Positions 13,862-27,313 of a stretch of 64,000 nt of DNA are shown here, one piece after another; the first letter of the stretch is position 1, and every line of letters begins with the position of its first letter. The notes under the pieces were generated by a model. That model did no database searches and had not been told where the DNA came from. It worked only from the letters and a program-made list of their open reading frames with translations. The stretch is from the human T2T-CHM13v2.0 reference genome, Homo sapiens. The DNA lies in the NCBI RefSeq assembly GCF_009914755.1, contig NC_060927.1; one strand, written 5' to 3'. The position numbers and the translations under genes were made by a program.

Positions 13862-14380
13862 TGATTCTCAAACTTGAATGTGCAGGTGCGTCACCTGAGG
13901 ATCTTGTTGAAAGGCTGAATTTGAAGCAGCAAGTCAGGAGTGGGGTCTGAGATTATGCATTTCTATCAAGAGGCCTGCTGCAGACTGAATATGCTCTCCT
14001 CATATTTATATGTTGAAATTCTAACATCTAATACGATGGTTTTAGAAGATAGAACTTTTAGGAGGTGGTAAACACATGAATGTAGAGCCCTTATAAACAG
14101 AACTAGTGCCCTTATAAAAAAGACCCCAGACAGTTCTTCATTCTTCTTTCTGCCATATAAGGACAAAATGAAAAGTTGACATTCTGTAACCCAGAAGAGG
14201 GTCTTCACCAGAACCCCACCATGCTGGCACCTGATCTGGAGCTGCCAGCCTCCAGAACTGTGAGAATGTGGTTTATAAGCTACCCAGTCTATGGTACTTT
14301 GTCATAGTAGCCTAAACTGACTAAGCCACTTCCAGATGAGGCTAGGCTGACAGTGCTGGTCTGGGCAGCAAGAAGCTAGT
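13862..14380. mobile_element. MER5A-like MITE split by an MLT1A LTR
   Basis: TTCTCAAACTTGAATGTGCA...TCACCTGAGGATCTTGTT...GGGGTCTGAGATTATGCATTTCTATCAAG; resumes CTTCCAGATGAGGCT after 14328. Confidence 0.7.
13976..14328 (+). mobile_element. MaLR LTR MLT1A/MLT1A0
   Basis: TGCTGCAGACTGAAT start, CCAGCCTCCAGAACTGTGAGA core, TAGCCTAAACTGACTAAGCCA end. Confidence 0.85.
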
Positions 14381-14442
14381 ATACCTATGTTCTGATACAT
14401 AGTAGGCATTGGATAAAAGCTGGTTACTGATAATGTTTCTAT

Positions 14443-14900
14443 GGTTAACCTAAATAATAAACAGAGACAGGCTATCTAAAGCAAAACGCTATTTATTTGG
14501 GAATGGAGCATTGCAGTGGGACTACATATACTCTAGTAAACTATGTGCATATTCAGGAGATAAAAGAAGACAAAAGTTTTTAAAGGAAACATGAGAAGAT
14601 TACATAATTGCTTTGAGATAATTAACCTTGGCTACAAATCAATAACAAGGATGACACCAGTATGAGTTTGGACAGGCAATTGCTGGGCAGATGTCCTTGC
14701 AGTAGTACTTTTTTGTGTAAGATTACAGTGGTCTTTGTGCAAGGTTGCAGTTTTTGCAGTCTTTTGTGATGGTTTTCTTAACAGAAATATAAACACGAGA
14801 ACCTTCTCTTCACAGACTTCCCTGGCTGTATTTGTCAGGATTTTTGTTTGTTTTGTTTTTGAACACAAATGACTCCATTTTGATTCTGATATCTTTCATA
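14443..14900 (-). mobile_element. ERV1 solo LTR (MER65-like)
   Basis: Minus strand starts TATGAAAGATATCAGAATCAAAATGGAGTCA; 4-bp TSD CTAT at 14439-14442 and 14901-14904. Confidence 0.75.
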
Positions 14901-15315
14901 CTATTGATATTTTTAGAGCTTCTACTCTAAAGTTTTCTCTGAAACAGCTCATGTGAGCTCCTAGGATGAATTCCTACTACCTATATCTTGATTCCTAGCA
15001 TTAATCACATCATTTCCCACTAGAGATTGGCCCAAAGAATATTAAAGATTGCCAACCCAATGAACAGGGTTAATTAGAATAAAAGCTGCAAGCCTCACTG
15101 GGTACATGCAGCTCTTTCTTGCATAATAAAAGCTGCCTTCCTTCTGATGCTGCAAACAGATAGCACACATTTTCATTCCCAAGTGGTATCACTGACAATT
15201 TCCATTAAACAACATCTAGCTGGAAAATCTTTTTCACTTCCTGGAAGTCCTGTACTATTCTGTATCTTCTCTTTGCATTTAAAGCGAAAAGTTAAAGTAA
15301 GGTACAGCCACACAA

Positions 15316-15611
15316 TTTCTTTTTTAAAAAAATTATTATACTTTAAGTTCTAGGATACATGTGCGGAACGTGCAGGTTTGTTACCTAGGTATACACGTGC
15401 CATGGTGGTTTGCTGCACCCATCAACCCATCATCTACATTAGGTATTTTTCCTGACGTTATCCCTCCCCTAGTCCCCCCAATCCCCGACAGGCCCCGGTG
15501 TGTGATGTTCTCTGCCCCATGTCCATGTGTTCTCATTGTTCAACTCCCACCTATGAGTGAGAACATGTGGTATTTGGTTTTCTGTTCTTGTGTTAGTTGC
15601 TGAGAGTGATG
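15316..15611 (-). mobile_element. L1PA (PA7/8-like) 3' end, 5'-truncated
   Basis: ATTATACTTTAAGTTCTAGGATACATGTGCGGAACGTGCAGGTTTGTTAC...CCCACCTATGAGTGAGAACATG. Confidence 0.92.
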
Positions 15612-17247
15612 TTTTTTTCCTTCAAAATTTTGCTTACCCTTTGATTCTATATGGTAAACATCCAGCCTACCTGATAGCTTCTTTATTTTCTCTCAGGCAT
15701 CTGTTGTTGCCAACACCTGACTTTGTGTATTAAAAAGTTGTCTATCTGCTATGCACTAACATTACCTGAAATATGTCACACCAAGTGAAGCATGCATATG
15801 AGCACTACCTTCCAGGACCAAACAGAGGCCCACTGTTGCAGAAACCCAATAATAAAAGTAATCCACGTGGTGGGATCAGTTGTACAGTATTTTGTGAGCA
15901 CTGTTAGTTTAAATGATCAGTTTAAAATCAGTGTCTTGGAAAAAAATAAAATAAGCATAACATGATGATAATTTTTATGCATATTAAATTGCAGGGCTCA
16001 TGAGATGGGAAACTTTTTAATGTGTGTGGGGTTTTTTTAGAACCACTTATAAGCTAACCAAATTAAAAGATTCAGCGTGCGAGCAAGTGAGAAAGCGACT
16101 TTGTGAAGGGTGCCAATCTAATTACAGTACAGCATGTCCCTAGAGGCTCATTGGGAGCTGCATCATCACTTATGTATGTCACCTTAAACCAGTTAACTGA
16201 CTCTCCACCATTTTTAAGAGAAAATAACATTGCTTTAAAATTCTTCCTCATTGGGTGATACTGACATTTTATCGTTTATAGGATCATTTTTCTTCTGTTT
16301 TCAGATAAATTGTAACAAAATAAAATGGAAAGACCTTAAGTTTCTGTAATGTGGAATGTAATTTTCCTTTTTCTCATGGTCCTTACTTCTCCAGTATTCA
16401 TTTTTATCTTTAACTGAGATATTTTAAAGTTCATTCCCACCCTCACAATTTTGTTTACTCCTCACAATTTCTCCCACAATCACTTTCACTTTAATGTACC
16501 AATCTCTGACTTGAAAATTCAAAAAATTTCCAGTAAAAATTGTCTTTTGTCTTCAGGCTGATCACATGCAATGCCTTTTGTGTCTGTCTACTGAGATGCT
16601 GGGTTTCCTGCCTTCAATTTACCATCAGAATCTGAATTTCATGCCTGTTGCTTTGGCTTTAAGACTCTATCTTGGTACTGTGGCATTTTGATTAATTCTC
16701 AGAGCAAACTACAAAATAAATATATGCTAGCCCAACAAGAAATCTATGTAATCACAGGCATTAATATTTTCAAGGGTATAGAGTACAATGGAAATCCCCA
16801 ATTAAAATTCCATTTGTTCTAAAAGTTGGTTTTTAAATCTGTTTTTTCAAAAACATTTTATTTTATGGGGAATTGGATTTCAACTAGTAACCGTAAGAAC
16901 AAATATACTCTTTTAAGTCATGGTTCTAAAGGGAGTTGTATTGATATAGATTTAAAACCCAATTTTTCTCAATTTATGACAACACTACAGTAACAAAAAC
17001 AAAAATTTCATGCTAAACAACTCTTCACAAAGCCACTACAAAATTTCCCAAGCTAGTCAATACCCTTCACAATATTTCCTTTTTTCCGGGTGTATCAATG
17101 TGGCAAGAAATAATCAGATAAAATAAAATAATGAGAGGCAGAAAGGAAAGAAAATCTGGAAAAGGAAAAAGAATATGTGACCAGAGGATGGAAAGTTGGA
17201 GCAAAATGAGAGACAAATAGGAGAAAGAAATGGGAAAAATGAAGCAG

Positions 17248-17530
17248 AACTAAATGCAATGTAATATCCTGGGTTGGGTTTGGAAGAGAGAAAGGATGTT
17301 AGTGGAGAAAACTGGCAGAATCCAAATAAAGTCTCTAGTTACAATAATGCAGCAATGCTAATTTCTCTTTAGCATTGATTTGACAAAAGGAATAGGATTT
17401 GACAAGAGTATCATGCTTTTGTAAGATATTAGCTAAGAAGGAAGTGAGTGAAAAGTATAAGAACTCACTATCTTTGCAACTTTTTTGTATATCTAAAGGT
17501 ATCACAAAATGAAAAGCTTTTGTTTAAAAA
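17248..17530 (+). mobile_element. Old L1 (L1MC4/5-like) 3' end
   Basis: AACTAAATGCAATGTAATATCCTGG...CTATCTTTGCAACTTTTTTGTATATCTAAA. Confidence 0.65.
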
Positions 17531-17599
17531 TGAAAAAGAATTAGACAAAGAAAGAAAATAAAATATAGTCAACTCACTTTTTTGTTTGATTTTTAGGGA

Positions 17600-18150
17600 A
17601 GGCAGAAAGAATACAGTGATAAGAAGACAGGTTTGGTTTGGTTCTGGTACCAACAGATCATAGTGACTTGACATAAGAGATTTGCAAACCTCAGTCCTTC
17701 CACCTGTAAATTACGAATAATACATTGACCCTTGAATAACATGGGTTTGAACTATGTGGTTCCACTTATATGTGGATTATTTTCAATAAATATTTTAGAA
17801 AATGTTTTGGAGATTTGTCACAATTTGAAAAAGCTTGCAGACTAATTGCATAGCCTAGAAATATCCTAATAATTAAGAAAAAATTATGTCATGAATGTGT
17901 AAAATATACATAGATACTAGTATATTTGGGTGTTAATTGACTTTATGTTGCATGTTATCAATAAGCCTTCCAGTCAACAGTAGGCTATTAGTAGTTAAAT
18001 TTGGGGGGAGTTAAAACTTATACAAGGATTTTCAACTGTGCAAGGGTTGACGGCCCTAACTCTCATATTGTTAGGGGTCAACTATATCTGTCTCAGAGAT
18101 TCTTGTGAGTTTTACATGAAATAAAGTATAAAACGGCTTAAAGCAATCAC
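17600..18150 (+). mobile_element. MIR interrupted by a Tigger2 MITE
   Basis: CCTCAGTCCTTCCACCTGTAAA before the insertion and GATTCTTGTGAGTTTTACATGAAATAA after it. Confidence 0.6.
17723..18084. mobile_element. Tigger2a/MER8-family Tc-mariner MITE
   Basis: Terminal inverted repeats CATTGACCCTTGAATAACATG ... CATATTGTTAGGGGTCAACTA, flanked by TA dinucleotides. Confidence 0.85.
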
Positions 18151-18679
18151 TGCCAACTCTCAGTCTTGTATTCACACATAGAGTTGCAATTTGTCTTTGA
18201 AATAAAATTGACCTGCTAGTACATTTTCTCTTCAAGTTCAATCTAGTAAGCTTTCTCGTTTTATTTTATTTTCAACTTTAAAGCGCTATCTTAATAGCAA
18301 TTCTTTTATTCTTCCTTATCTTAAGATATAAATGACATAATTTATTTCTATGACTGTCGTCTTATAAACAGAAATGATATTTAAAATATTCGAAAACCAG
18401 TTTTAACCAATTACAACAGATTCCACAACCAATCAGAATAGACACCAGCCACAACCAATCAATCAAGCCAATAAGGAATATACTCATGACAATCAGCTTT
18501 AATTATAAGATTCGCAGATCACAGTGGCTGCCAGTTCATAACCATTACCTCAAGGGAGAAATCTGTATCATCCACCACCTCTCCATTTTCTTTGTTCTAA
18601 GAAGGGTTTTGAATTGGAACCCTGCCATTATCTTGGACACAGTGCTAGATCTAAAGGACAACAGCTGGTCTGAGTGGAG

Positions 18680-19122
18680 CCAATAGTTATACCTCATTGC
18701 CCGAGCAACAGTGATTACTCTGAGGGGTGGACAGATGACTTAAGATGGCACTGAGAAGATTCCGCATCCTCACTCATCGTGGGATAAGGCCTAGGTTGTT
18801 TTTTCCAGGGAACAGCATGTGAATCAAATTGAGCCAAGCAGAGAGGTTTTTTTTTTTTAAATAATTTTCCCAAACATGGCCTTTCTTCTCAGGATGAGAC
18901 TTTGCAAGGATATGAGTGTAAAAGCAGCTGAAAAATCATGGTTTGTTATATTTTTTTACAGTTAGTTTCAAAAACTAAAATTGACACATAGAAGCAAAGA
19001 TATGGAGAGAGAAAGAGAAAGCAGGGGAAGAGCAGTTAAGATCAATAAAGTTTTCCTCTTTTTGGTCACGACTAGTTTAAATTAGGTTTCAGTCACTTGT
19101 AACCGGAGTTCTGTCTGATACA
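18680..19122 (+). mobile_element. Old MaLR LTR (MLT1J/K-like)
   Basis: Ends CTAGTTTAAATTAGGTTTCAGTCACTTGTAACCGGAGTTCTGTCTGATACA. Confidence 0.5.
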
Positions 19123-19749
19123 CCCCTCCATATGTGTTCCTAAATCCTATCCACTGCCAATTCCTTTAGGGTCTTCCATATACACTCAATTATCCTTTCC
19201 TCTCTCCAAAATATTTCATCATTCTTACTTCAGTGAATTCTTCTGTCTGCCTTGAAATATTCACTTGTCTGGATCCCTCACCTTGAAATAAATCTTCATA
19301 TGACTTGTAAGCTCCTCAAGTTACACTCATATTTCTTTCTAGCTGTTTACAACCAAACTTCATGAATACGGTTTTATATTCTCAACTCTCATTCCTTGAC
19401 TTCCTATAATGTGACCTATTTTCAGTACTCAGAAGTATACTTCCAAGATTTCAAAAGCCTTCAGATCAGACTTCTGCTTTTCTTTTTTTCTTATTCATCA
19501 TTACAAATCTCCATCAGAGTATATATACTCTATTATAATACATTAACTATAGCACTTCTACTGGATGGTGATTAAAACAATAGGCTTAGCCCTGAACATA
19601 TTTGTAAGTTCTAGAGTCTCATCAACTACCTACCATATGTTTACGTTTAGGTATCCCACAATTACTTTAGAATCATGATGTCTATAAATGAACCTATCTT
19701 TATAAACCAAGCTTACTTCCCCTGACTTTTTTGTTAACCCATTAGGAAA

Positions 19750-19880
19750 AGGGTCCAGCAACTTTTTCTGAACAAGGCCTGATAGTAAATACTGTAGGAT
19801 TTGCAGACTATACAAATATGGTCTGTGATCCAACTGTTCAACTCTTCTGTTGTAACGTGAAAGCAGTCATAGATAATGGT
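19750..19880. mobile_element. MER58A-like hAT MITE fragment
   Basis: CAGCAACTTTTTCTGAACAAGGCCTGATAGTAAATACTGTAGGATTTGCAGAC...GAAAGCAGTCATAGATAAT. Confidence 0.75.
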
Positions 19881-20599
19881 CATCAAACTCTGATTTGATG
19901 CATATATAGTGTTATCCATGTGAAATTTGTTCATATAAGAAGACTTCCTGTGCAAAATTATAGGCTATGATCTCTTTAAAAGAAAGAATTGTCATTTATT
20001 CCCTTTGTATGTCACAGCTCATTATACCATGACTTGCACAGAATGGAAGGATAATTAGCAAGGATTTCCTGGAGTAATCTGTCCATGCTTTTTTGTTGTT
20101 GTTGTTGATTCCAGGGGTTGCACAGAGTGAACATCATCATCATGCAACAACAAAAAATCAGCATAAGATCTAGAAGTTATATGAAAATAGTAACTTCCTA
20201 ACTGCTATATTTTACTTGAAGAGTGGAGAAAACAATCTCTTAACTGCTAATGTTGGCTTGGAGGGAGGAGTGATGTGGAAAGTTCTTGGTAAATAAAAAT
20301 TTAGTTTGTAAAGAAGATATGGGAAACATCATGAATACAAGATCTTTTCTACAGGTTCCAGAATCATCAGTAATCCTAACTGCACTGATTCTTCCTGATA
20401 ATGTCATCTAATTTTTCATATCTAGTTGGTACACCCATTAGGAATATAACCAATAACCATATGGTGAAGAGTTTAAGTGTTATTTGTCCTTTAATGGGGG
20501 GTCATCAATGACTTTTTATATCTATCAAAGACTAAAATAATCCCTCTAATCCTCAAAGCCTTGACTTTTATAATTGCTTACAAATTCATTTTCACTCTG

Positions 20600-21950
20600 G
20601 GAAAAGCCATAGCTACATAAAACAACAAGAAAGATAAATCGTAATCAATCTAAACAAGAATTTAATGTAGTGGAAATGAAAAGAAAGAATCATATTTTAA
20701 TGACTTCCTAGATCAAACAATCTGAATGAACATACTACAACCTATAGAGTTTTGTTTCCTAATGGGTATTAATTTTAGACTTCTTATAGTTTCTGGCAGA
20801 TATGTGTAAAACCCAGCCATTATTTTTAAGTATGTTACCCATAGCATTTTCCAAGTATAGTAGCATAATAAGACATGCAAATAATGATCTAAGAGCAGGA
20901 AAGAAAGAGGTTAAACCTCTATATTAGTGGGAATTTTCTGCTTTTAGACTAATCAGTTATCATTGAATAAGTTTTAAAATGTAATTTACTGTTACTAAAT
21001 GGCCTACAATTTAATATTTCTCTGAAAATTGGTCAGAGGTTACAACTCTTTAAAATATTAAATCAGTTACAGGACATCTGCTGACCTTGTCACATTGACA
21101 ATAAGATTCTTCAGATCCCTAAGTTGTCCAAAAGCATTTATGTTTTGATAGATGAGTAATGGAATATCTGGTATTTTCCAGTCATTAAATTAACCTCTTA
21201 CTCAAAACATGTCCCCAAATTTTTCACTCAATATAATGTACATGCCAATCTTTCACATATATATGCTAATACTATAATTTCAAATTTGCAAACATTGTAA
21301 AATATTAGTTGATTCAAATGAGATTATATGTGCAAACAAGACGAACCTTATAATGTAGCTTTGTGCCAAATATCCTGACTTTTTCTAAAACACTCAGGAA
21401 TGAAGTCAGATTCTATAAAGCCCAAGCTTAATTGAACGAGTTGAAACTGATCAGGACAAGACATCACCTTGTATTACGTTTAGATATGAACATTAGGAAA
21501 GATGAGTACAGTCACAACACTGGTAGAGCAATCTAGACTAATGTTATGCCATATGCAACTGGCTCATGACAAGACATTTATAACACAGTCGGGAAGAAAC
21601 ATTTCCCTAATTCATCTATGACCAAGAAGTTTCAAAATGGAGTCATACTATTAAAGGAAGTAAAAAATCTTGATTGTGGATTTAATGATGAAGATCTGTG
21701 TAAAGCCATTACTAAATACAAGGAAGAGAATAGGAAAACTATTATTTTTGTTAAAAAGGGAAAAATCAAGGTAAAAACATGGTTCCTCCAAAATTTGAGA
21801 TAAGTAAGAGTGAGATATTGAAAACCTTAAGGGACTCAAAAATAAATTTCCTGTCCTGGAAAGGGAACTCAGGAATGGTCATTAAAGGAGATCATTTCAG
21901 AGAGCTAATAGATCTCTTATAAGTCAAAAAAAAAATTACCACTGTTCTAA
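20600..21950 (+). mobile_element. Degenerate Penelope-like retroelement reverse transcriptase fossil
   Basis: Manual translation gives colinear PLE-like blocks IVINLNKN/NVVEMKRKNHI, ILNQLQDI, LVTL, KFFTQ..ANLSHIYANTIISNLQ, YMCKQDE, LKL..LDMNIRKD, CGFNDEDLCKAI..NRKTII, with stops and frameshifts. Confidence 0.65.
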
Positions 21951-23419
21951 CCGATCAGGACCTCTGTGAGGATGAAACCAAGTTAATGGCTAAATATGTT
22001 GTTGGAATTCACTACTGGAAAAAAAAGTGAACAAAGGTTACCATCTCTGTGGAAAATAACTTGGTCACTACTTGCATTGAGTTAAAATATGATTTAAAGA
22101 GTATTTCTCTAACACACAGTGCTTCCCTAGTAGGGAAGCAGTTGACACACAGACAACACATGAGATTCCTAACCTCAGATCCTGCCTTATTCCTAGTTGA
22201 TTAAATTATGTGAGAGATATTTCAAGTGAAGACAGCCAGAGAGAAAAAAATATTTACTTTCTACGTTGTACTGGAAACCATAAGGAGTTTTCTTCAAATC
22301 ATATGGATGAAAAAGAAGCTGTAATTTAGCAATTTCTAATGAGCTATGGTTCTGTCTGAGCCTGAGTTTACGCTTTGATAAGGTTCTTTAAAAATGCATT
22401 TCCAGAGATACACTTTCATAATGAATAATTTATTTTTATATATGTAATTTATGTGAAAGATCAGCAGGGGAAAAAAAACTAGCATCATTCTAATCTCAGA
22501 AAGTATTTTTCCTTTTATCGATACATTTGTGTGGTCCTCTAAAAATCCCTGCAAGTACCACAGCTATAGACTCATGTCCTTAGGAGTACACGTAATATGC
22601 ACACTTTGATGCTCTTATTGCTTAAGAAGAATATTTTCCAGCTGTGCTTTTGCATTAAAGAAAATGACTCTGTTAGTATAAAACTCTCTGCCATCAAACC
22701 CCTTGAGAATCCTGTGGCATATGGTGCATCTCGGTGGAGTGTAGATTGGTGGGTGTGGCCCGGTGGTTACTTCTCTGGGGAGGTGCAGCTTCACTTTCAC
22801 TCCAGGAGTCACAGTAAAAAGTATAAATTTGCATCATACAATAAGAGCATAAAAGCCTTTGCCAGCCTTTTGGCAATATCTTTTCCTTAAGCTGGCAAAC
22901 AAAATTCAGCAGATGCTTCCCCAGATGATTCCACACTGATGAGCATTATATATGCAATCTATCTCATATGATTGTACAACACAGATCGCCATAAACATTC
23001 CATGTTTCACAGTCTGTCTGACAACTGATCTATGATTCTTTAGGTTTCCTGGGCATAAAATCACTGTGCATTTGGTGATCTGCCCACTAATCCAGGTGGG
23101 AAAAATAAAGTTTGTGATGACAAGCCTTATCTTCCCTGATTTATTAGTATAGGTGTATGTGAAAAGGATGAGTTCTGAGCAAGCTTTCTTATTGTGGACA
23201 GCACAGATGCAAGAAAAGTCAAGACAAACTCAGATATCTTGGCCAGAAAATATTGAAAAATTCAGGTAATAGTATCTTCCTCTGCTCTGTGGCAGTTTAA
23301 AAAGCCCCATGCATCCAATTCAGAAATACACTGACCCATTGCTGGATTGGCATTCATCTGTCCTCCAGTCTGCTGTTCCTTCCAATCTAAACAATGCTGC
23401 ATGATAAGAAAAAAAAAAT

Positions 23420-23700
23420 AGTTTGTTGGAACCCAAGTGGCCTGGCTTCTAATCTCTTATCTGCTATTTATTAGTTATATGACTTTTGATGTATTTATTA
23501 ACTTGGAATGTATAATAATAAGAATTTTTTTTGTGAGGCATATTATAGTCTCTATGAAAAAGGCACTATGAAGACCCTGAGTAATCACTTAAACTTCACC
23601 ATAATATGAGATATAGTCTAATATTATCCCCTTTTAAAAATAAAACAATAAAGCTTAGAGCACTTAAATTACCTGACTAAGTCATACAGCAAGTAAGTCA
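23420..23700. mobile_element. Two degenerate MIR fragments (opposite orientations)
   Basis: CCTGGCTTCTAATCTCTTATCTGCTATTTATTAGTTATATGACTTT and TTAAATTACCTGACTAAGTCATACAGCAAGTAAG. Confidence 0.5.
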
Positions 23701-23895
23701 CAAATCTTTCCCACACTTATCTTTTCTTACATATCAAGGCTACCCGTGCCTAAAACCAGGCTTCATATCTCCTGCCTAAATAATAGCAAGAGCCTCTTGG
23801 GGATGAAGAAAATGGAAGATTCAAGAATTACTCAAAGGCTTCTAAGAAAGCAGATCATTGATAGTGCTTTTAAACAAGGTACACTAAATAGAAAG

Positions 23896-23896
<1 letters not shown>

Positions 23897-23936
<40 letters not shown>
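23897..23936. repeat. (AC)20 microsatellite
   Basis: Perfect AC run. Confidence 0.98.
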
Positions 23937-23945
<9 letters not shown>

Positions 23946-24321
23946 GCAGTGAGATAGAAGGAGATAATGAGTTCAGGTTGGGAAAATTTTAATGTACTAT
24001 GTAATGTACAAGTGGGTAATGCTCATCAGGCAAGCAGGTTTAGGTGGTATCTGGATTCTGGCCAGAGCATGGCAATATACCATGAAAGTACATTACATTA
24101 AAAAGAAGAGGAAAAATGTACCAAACAAGACAAAGAACGTAAACTAGAAAAAAGTCAATCTTACAGAAAAGAATTTCCTCATAATTTCTCCATGTTATAC
24201 AGAAACAATAAATCCATTGATTCAGTAAAACAAACACTCAAAGATTGGATAATGAAATAAAAGAATAAGATAAAAAGGAGTGACTTAAGACACAACAAAG
24301 AAAGTTGAAGACTAAAATAAT

Positions 24322-24829
24322 CTTCTGTGTCTGAATATTTGTGGCCCCCTCCAAAATTTATATGTTGAAACCTAATCACCAAAGTGATAGTATCAGTAGG
24401 AAGGGCCTTTGGGAAGTGAATAGGTCATAACATTGGAGCCCTCAAGAAAGGAATTATTACCTTTATAACAGAGGCCCCAAAGAGCTGCCTTGCTCCCTCC
24501 ACCACGTGAGGACATGGAAAAAAGATGGATGTCCATGAACTAGTAAGCAGGCCCTCATCAGACACTGCATCTATTGACATCTTGATCTTAGACTTCTGAG
24601 CCTCCAGAACTGTAAACTTCTGTTGTTTATCAGCTATCCAGTTTATGATGTTTTGTTAAAGTGGCTTGAAAGGGTTGATCTGTGCAGCAAACCACCATGG
24701 CATATACATTTACCTGTGTAACAAACCTGCACATCCTGCATATGTACCCCAGAAGTTACAATAAAAGTTTCAGGAAAAATAAAATAAAATAAAATAAAAA
24801 TTTTAAGTGACTTGAAAAGATTGACACCA
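24322..24829 (+). mobile_element. MLT1A0 LTR interrupted near its 3' end by an L1 tail
   Basis: GTCTGAATATTTGTGGCCCCCTCCAAAATTTATATGTTGAAACCTAATCACC...GCCTCCAGAACTGT. Confidence 0.85.
24672..24804 (+). mobile_element. Very short L1PA (PA8-13-like) 3' end
   Basis: GGGTTGATCTGTGCAGCAAACCACCATGGCA...AACAAACCTGCACATCCTGCA plus (AAAAT)n tail; TSD AAGTGGCTTGAAA (24659-24671) / AAGTGACTTGAAA (24805-24817). Confidence 0.9.
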
Positions 24830-25020
24830 TCTCTACGTAACTGACAAATAAGTTAGATTCGCACAAAGAAAGCAGTAGAATAAAGGCGTTTAGAATTTGA
24901 AAAATTGAGAAGGAAAATATCATCAAACTAAATGTAGATTAAAAAATAGTTTCAAGAAACTAGACAGAAGCGAATTATATTTAAAAATCAGGCAAAATGT
25001 TCCATTATAATAACTGCTGT

Positions 25021-25871
25021 CGCTCTTAGTTTGTTTTCTGTTGCTAAAAACAGACTATGATACAGTTTGAATATCTGTCTGTCAAATCTCATGTTGAATT
25101 GTAATCCCCAATATTGAAGGTAAGGCCTGGTAGGAGATGCTTGGTTCACGGAGGCAGATCCCCCATAGTTTGGTGCTTTCCTTGGAATAGTGAGTGGGTT
25201 CTCATGAGATCTGGCCGTTTAAAAGTGTGTGGCACTGCCCCCTGCCCTCCTTTTGCTCCTGCTTTTTCCATGTGATGTGTCTGCTCCTGCTTCACCTTCT
25301 GCTGCTGTGAGTAAAAGTTCTCTGAGGCCTCTGCAGAAAACAAGCAGATCCCAGCGCCATGCTTCCTGTACAGCCTGCAGAACTGCGAGCCAGTTAAATC
25401 TCTTTTCTTTATAAATTACCAAGTCTTATAGCAATGCAAGAACAGCCTAACCCAGACTACTTGGCACTGAATAATTTATAAAGAAAAGAGGTTTATTTAG
25501 CTCATAGTTGGCCAGGCTGAAAAGTTCAAGGGCATGGCCCTGGCTTCCAGAGAAGGCTTTCATGCTATGCTACAACATAGTAGAGAAGTTCAAAGGGGAA
25601 GCACACATGTGCAAAGAGGGGAAAACCTGAGGAGCTCCTGGCTTTATAACAGTCAACTCTCACGGGAAGCAATCTATTCCTTGAGAACTAATTCAGACTC
25701 CAGAGAACAAGGACTCACTCACTGCTGTGAACATAGCCCCAATCCATTCATGAGAGATCTATAATAACACCACAACCCAAACACCTCCCACTAATCCCCC
25801 CCTCCCAAAATGACCACATTGGGGATAAAATTTTGGTAAAGACAAACTATTAATATATCCAAACCATAGCA
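25021..25871 (-). mobile_element. MST-family LTR (MSTB2/MSTC-like), split by MSTB
   Basis: TCTTAGTTTGTTTTCTGTTGCT...TAATTTATAAAGAAAAGAGGTTTATTTAGCTCATAG...ATCCAAACCATAGCA. Confidence 0.8.
25058..25454 (+). mobile_element. MSTB-like solo LTR
   Basis: TGATACAGTTTGAAT...GAACAGCCTAACCCA with perfect 5-bp TSD GACTA (25053-25057, 25455-25459). Confidence 0.9.
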
Positions 25872-26954
25872 TTGTTCCTGTAGAAATCTATCCATAAAAT
25901 GAATAAATAACAGACTTCATTCAATGATGTAGTTCAAGAAAATTTCCTTTGAAAAAAGAGAAAACTGCAGATTAAAAGAGCATACAGGAAAATTTAATGT
26001 AGACTCTTTAAACCAAGACATATTGCACTGAACAACTGAACTTCAGGGACACAATAATTATTTAGATATAAAGACAGGCTTCTGTTTCCTGCTGGGAAGG
26101 ATAAGGGGGGTTAGGGAAAGATGATCCAGGATCGCAAAGAGACAGGAGGCTGCAGAAATAGACAGTATGAGAACACATGTTTATCTGAGGCAGACACAAC
26201 TCAATCCAGTAAGAACAATTTAGCTAGAATAGTTAACAGTTGATGGAGGTAAATGTGGGTTGCTAAGAGAGTGGGGGAATCCATGGAGCTGAAAATGCAA
26301 GGGGAATTTGCACCCTCTTGCCAACTTTTGTTACATGGGCCCAACTTGTTGAGAGTACTGAAGAGTTGCTTTTCTTGGTGTAGTTTAGGGATGATAAAAG
26401 TCTTCACTGGGACCCTTCCAAATTTCACTATATGGAATAAGAGATTTAATTTGTAGAAGGGCAATATAATCTGCCACTCTTAGTGCACTGGTAAAACCCA
26501 TTACTGCTATGGAAGGGGAGAGAAAAAAAAAATCTTTAGTTCTGAGGAAGAAGCAGAAATGACTGCCGGCCCCAGAGCTACAGCTGAGGGAGGGATATGA
26601 GCACAAAGAAGGTCACGGCATTGACACTCAGGAATATAGTGCCTGCCTAAGACTGAAGCTTAATCAGAATAATAAAAAATGCAATTTTCCTCTACCTCCA
26701 TTATCAGACTAATATCAATGGAATACTGCACCAAGATCATGGAGATAGTTTCTCCCAGAGATGCAGCACAAAGGAGTGACCAAAAGTTAAGAGTGGAGCA
26801 ACACTGAGAGAAAACCACTGGAATATCAGCCCCCATGCTAAATACAAGATAATACAAGGTATCATTGGAGGTATTTGATGCCTATGGTACCACAAGGATA
26901 ATTAAGGCAACCACAAAACCCCAGTCCAGCCCACCTCCAGATTAGATGAAGTTA

Positions 26955-27313
<359 letters not shown>

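Noticed and set aside
21618-21803. 61-aa ORF as a stand-alone gene
   Set aside because: Better explained as a stop-free remnant of the Penelope-like fossil; upstream in-frame stops are present
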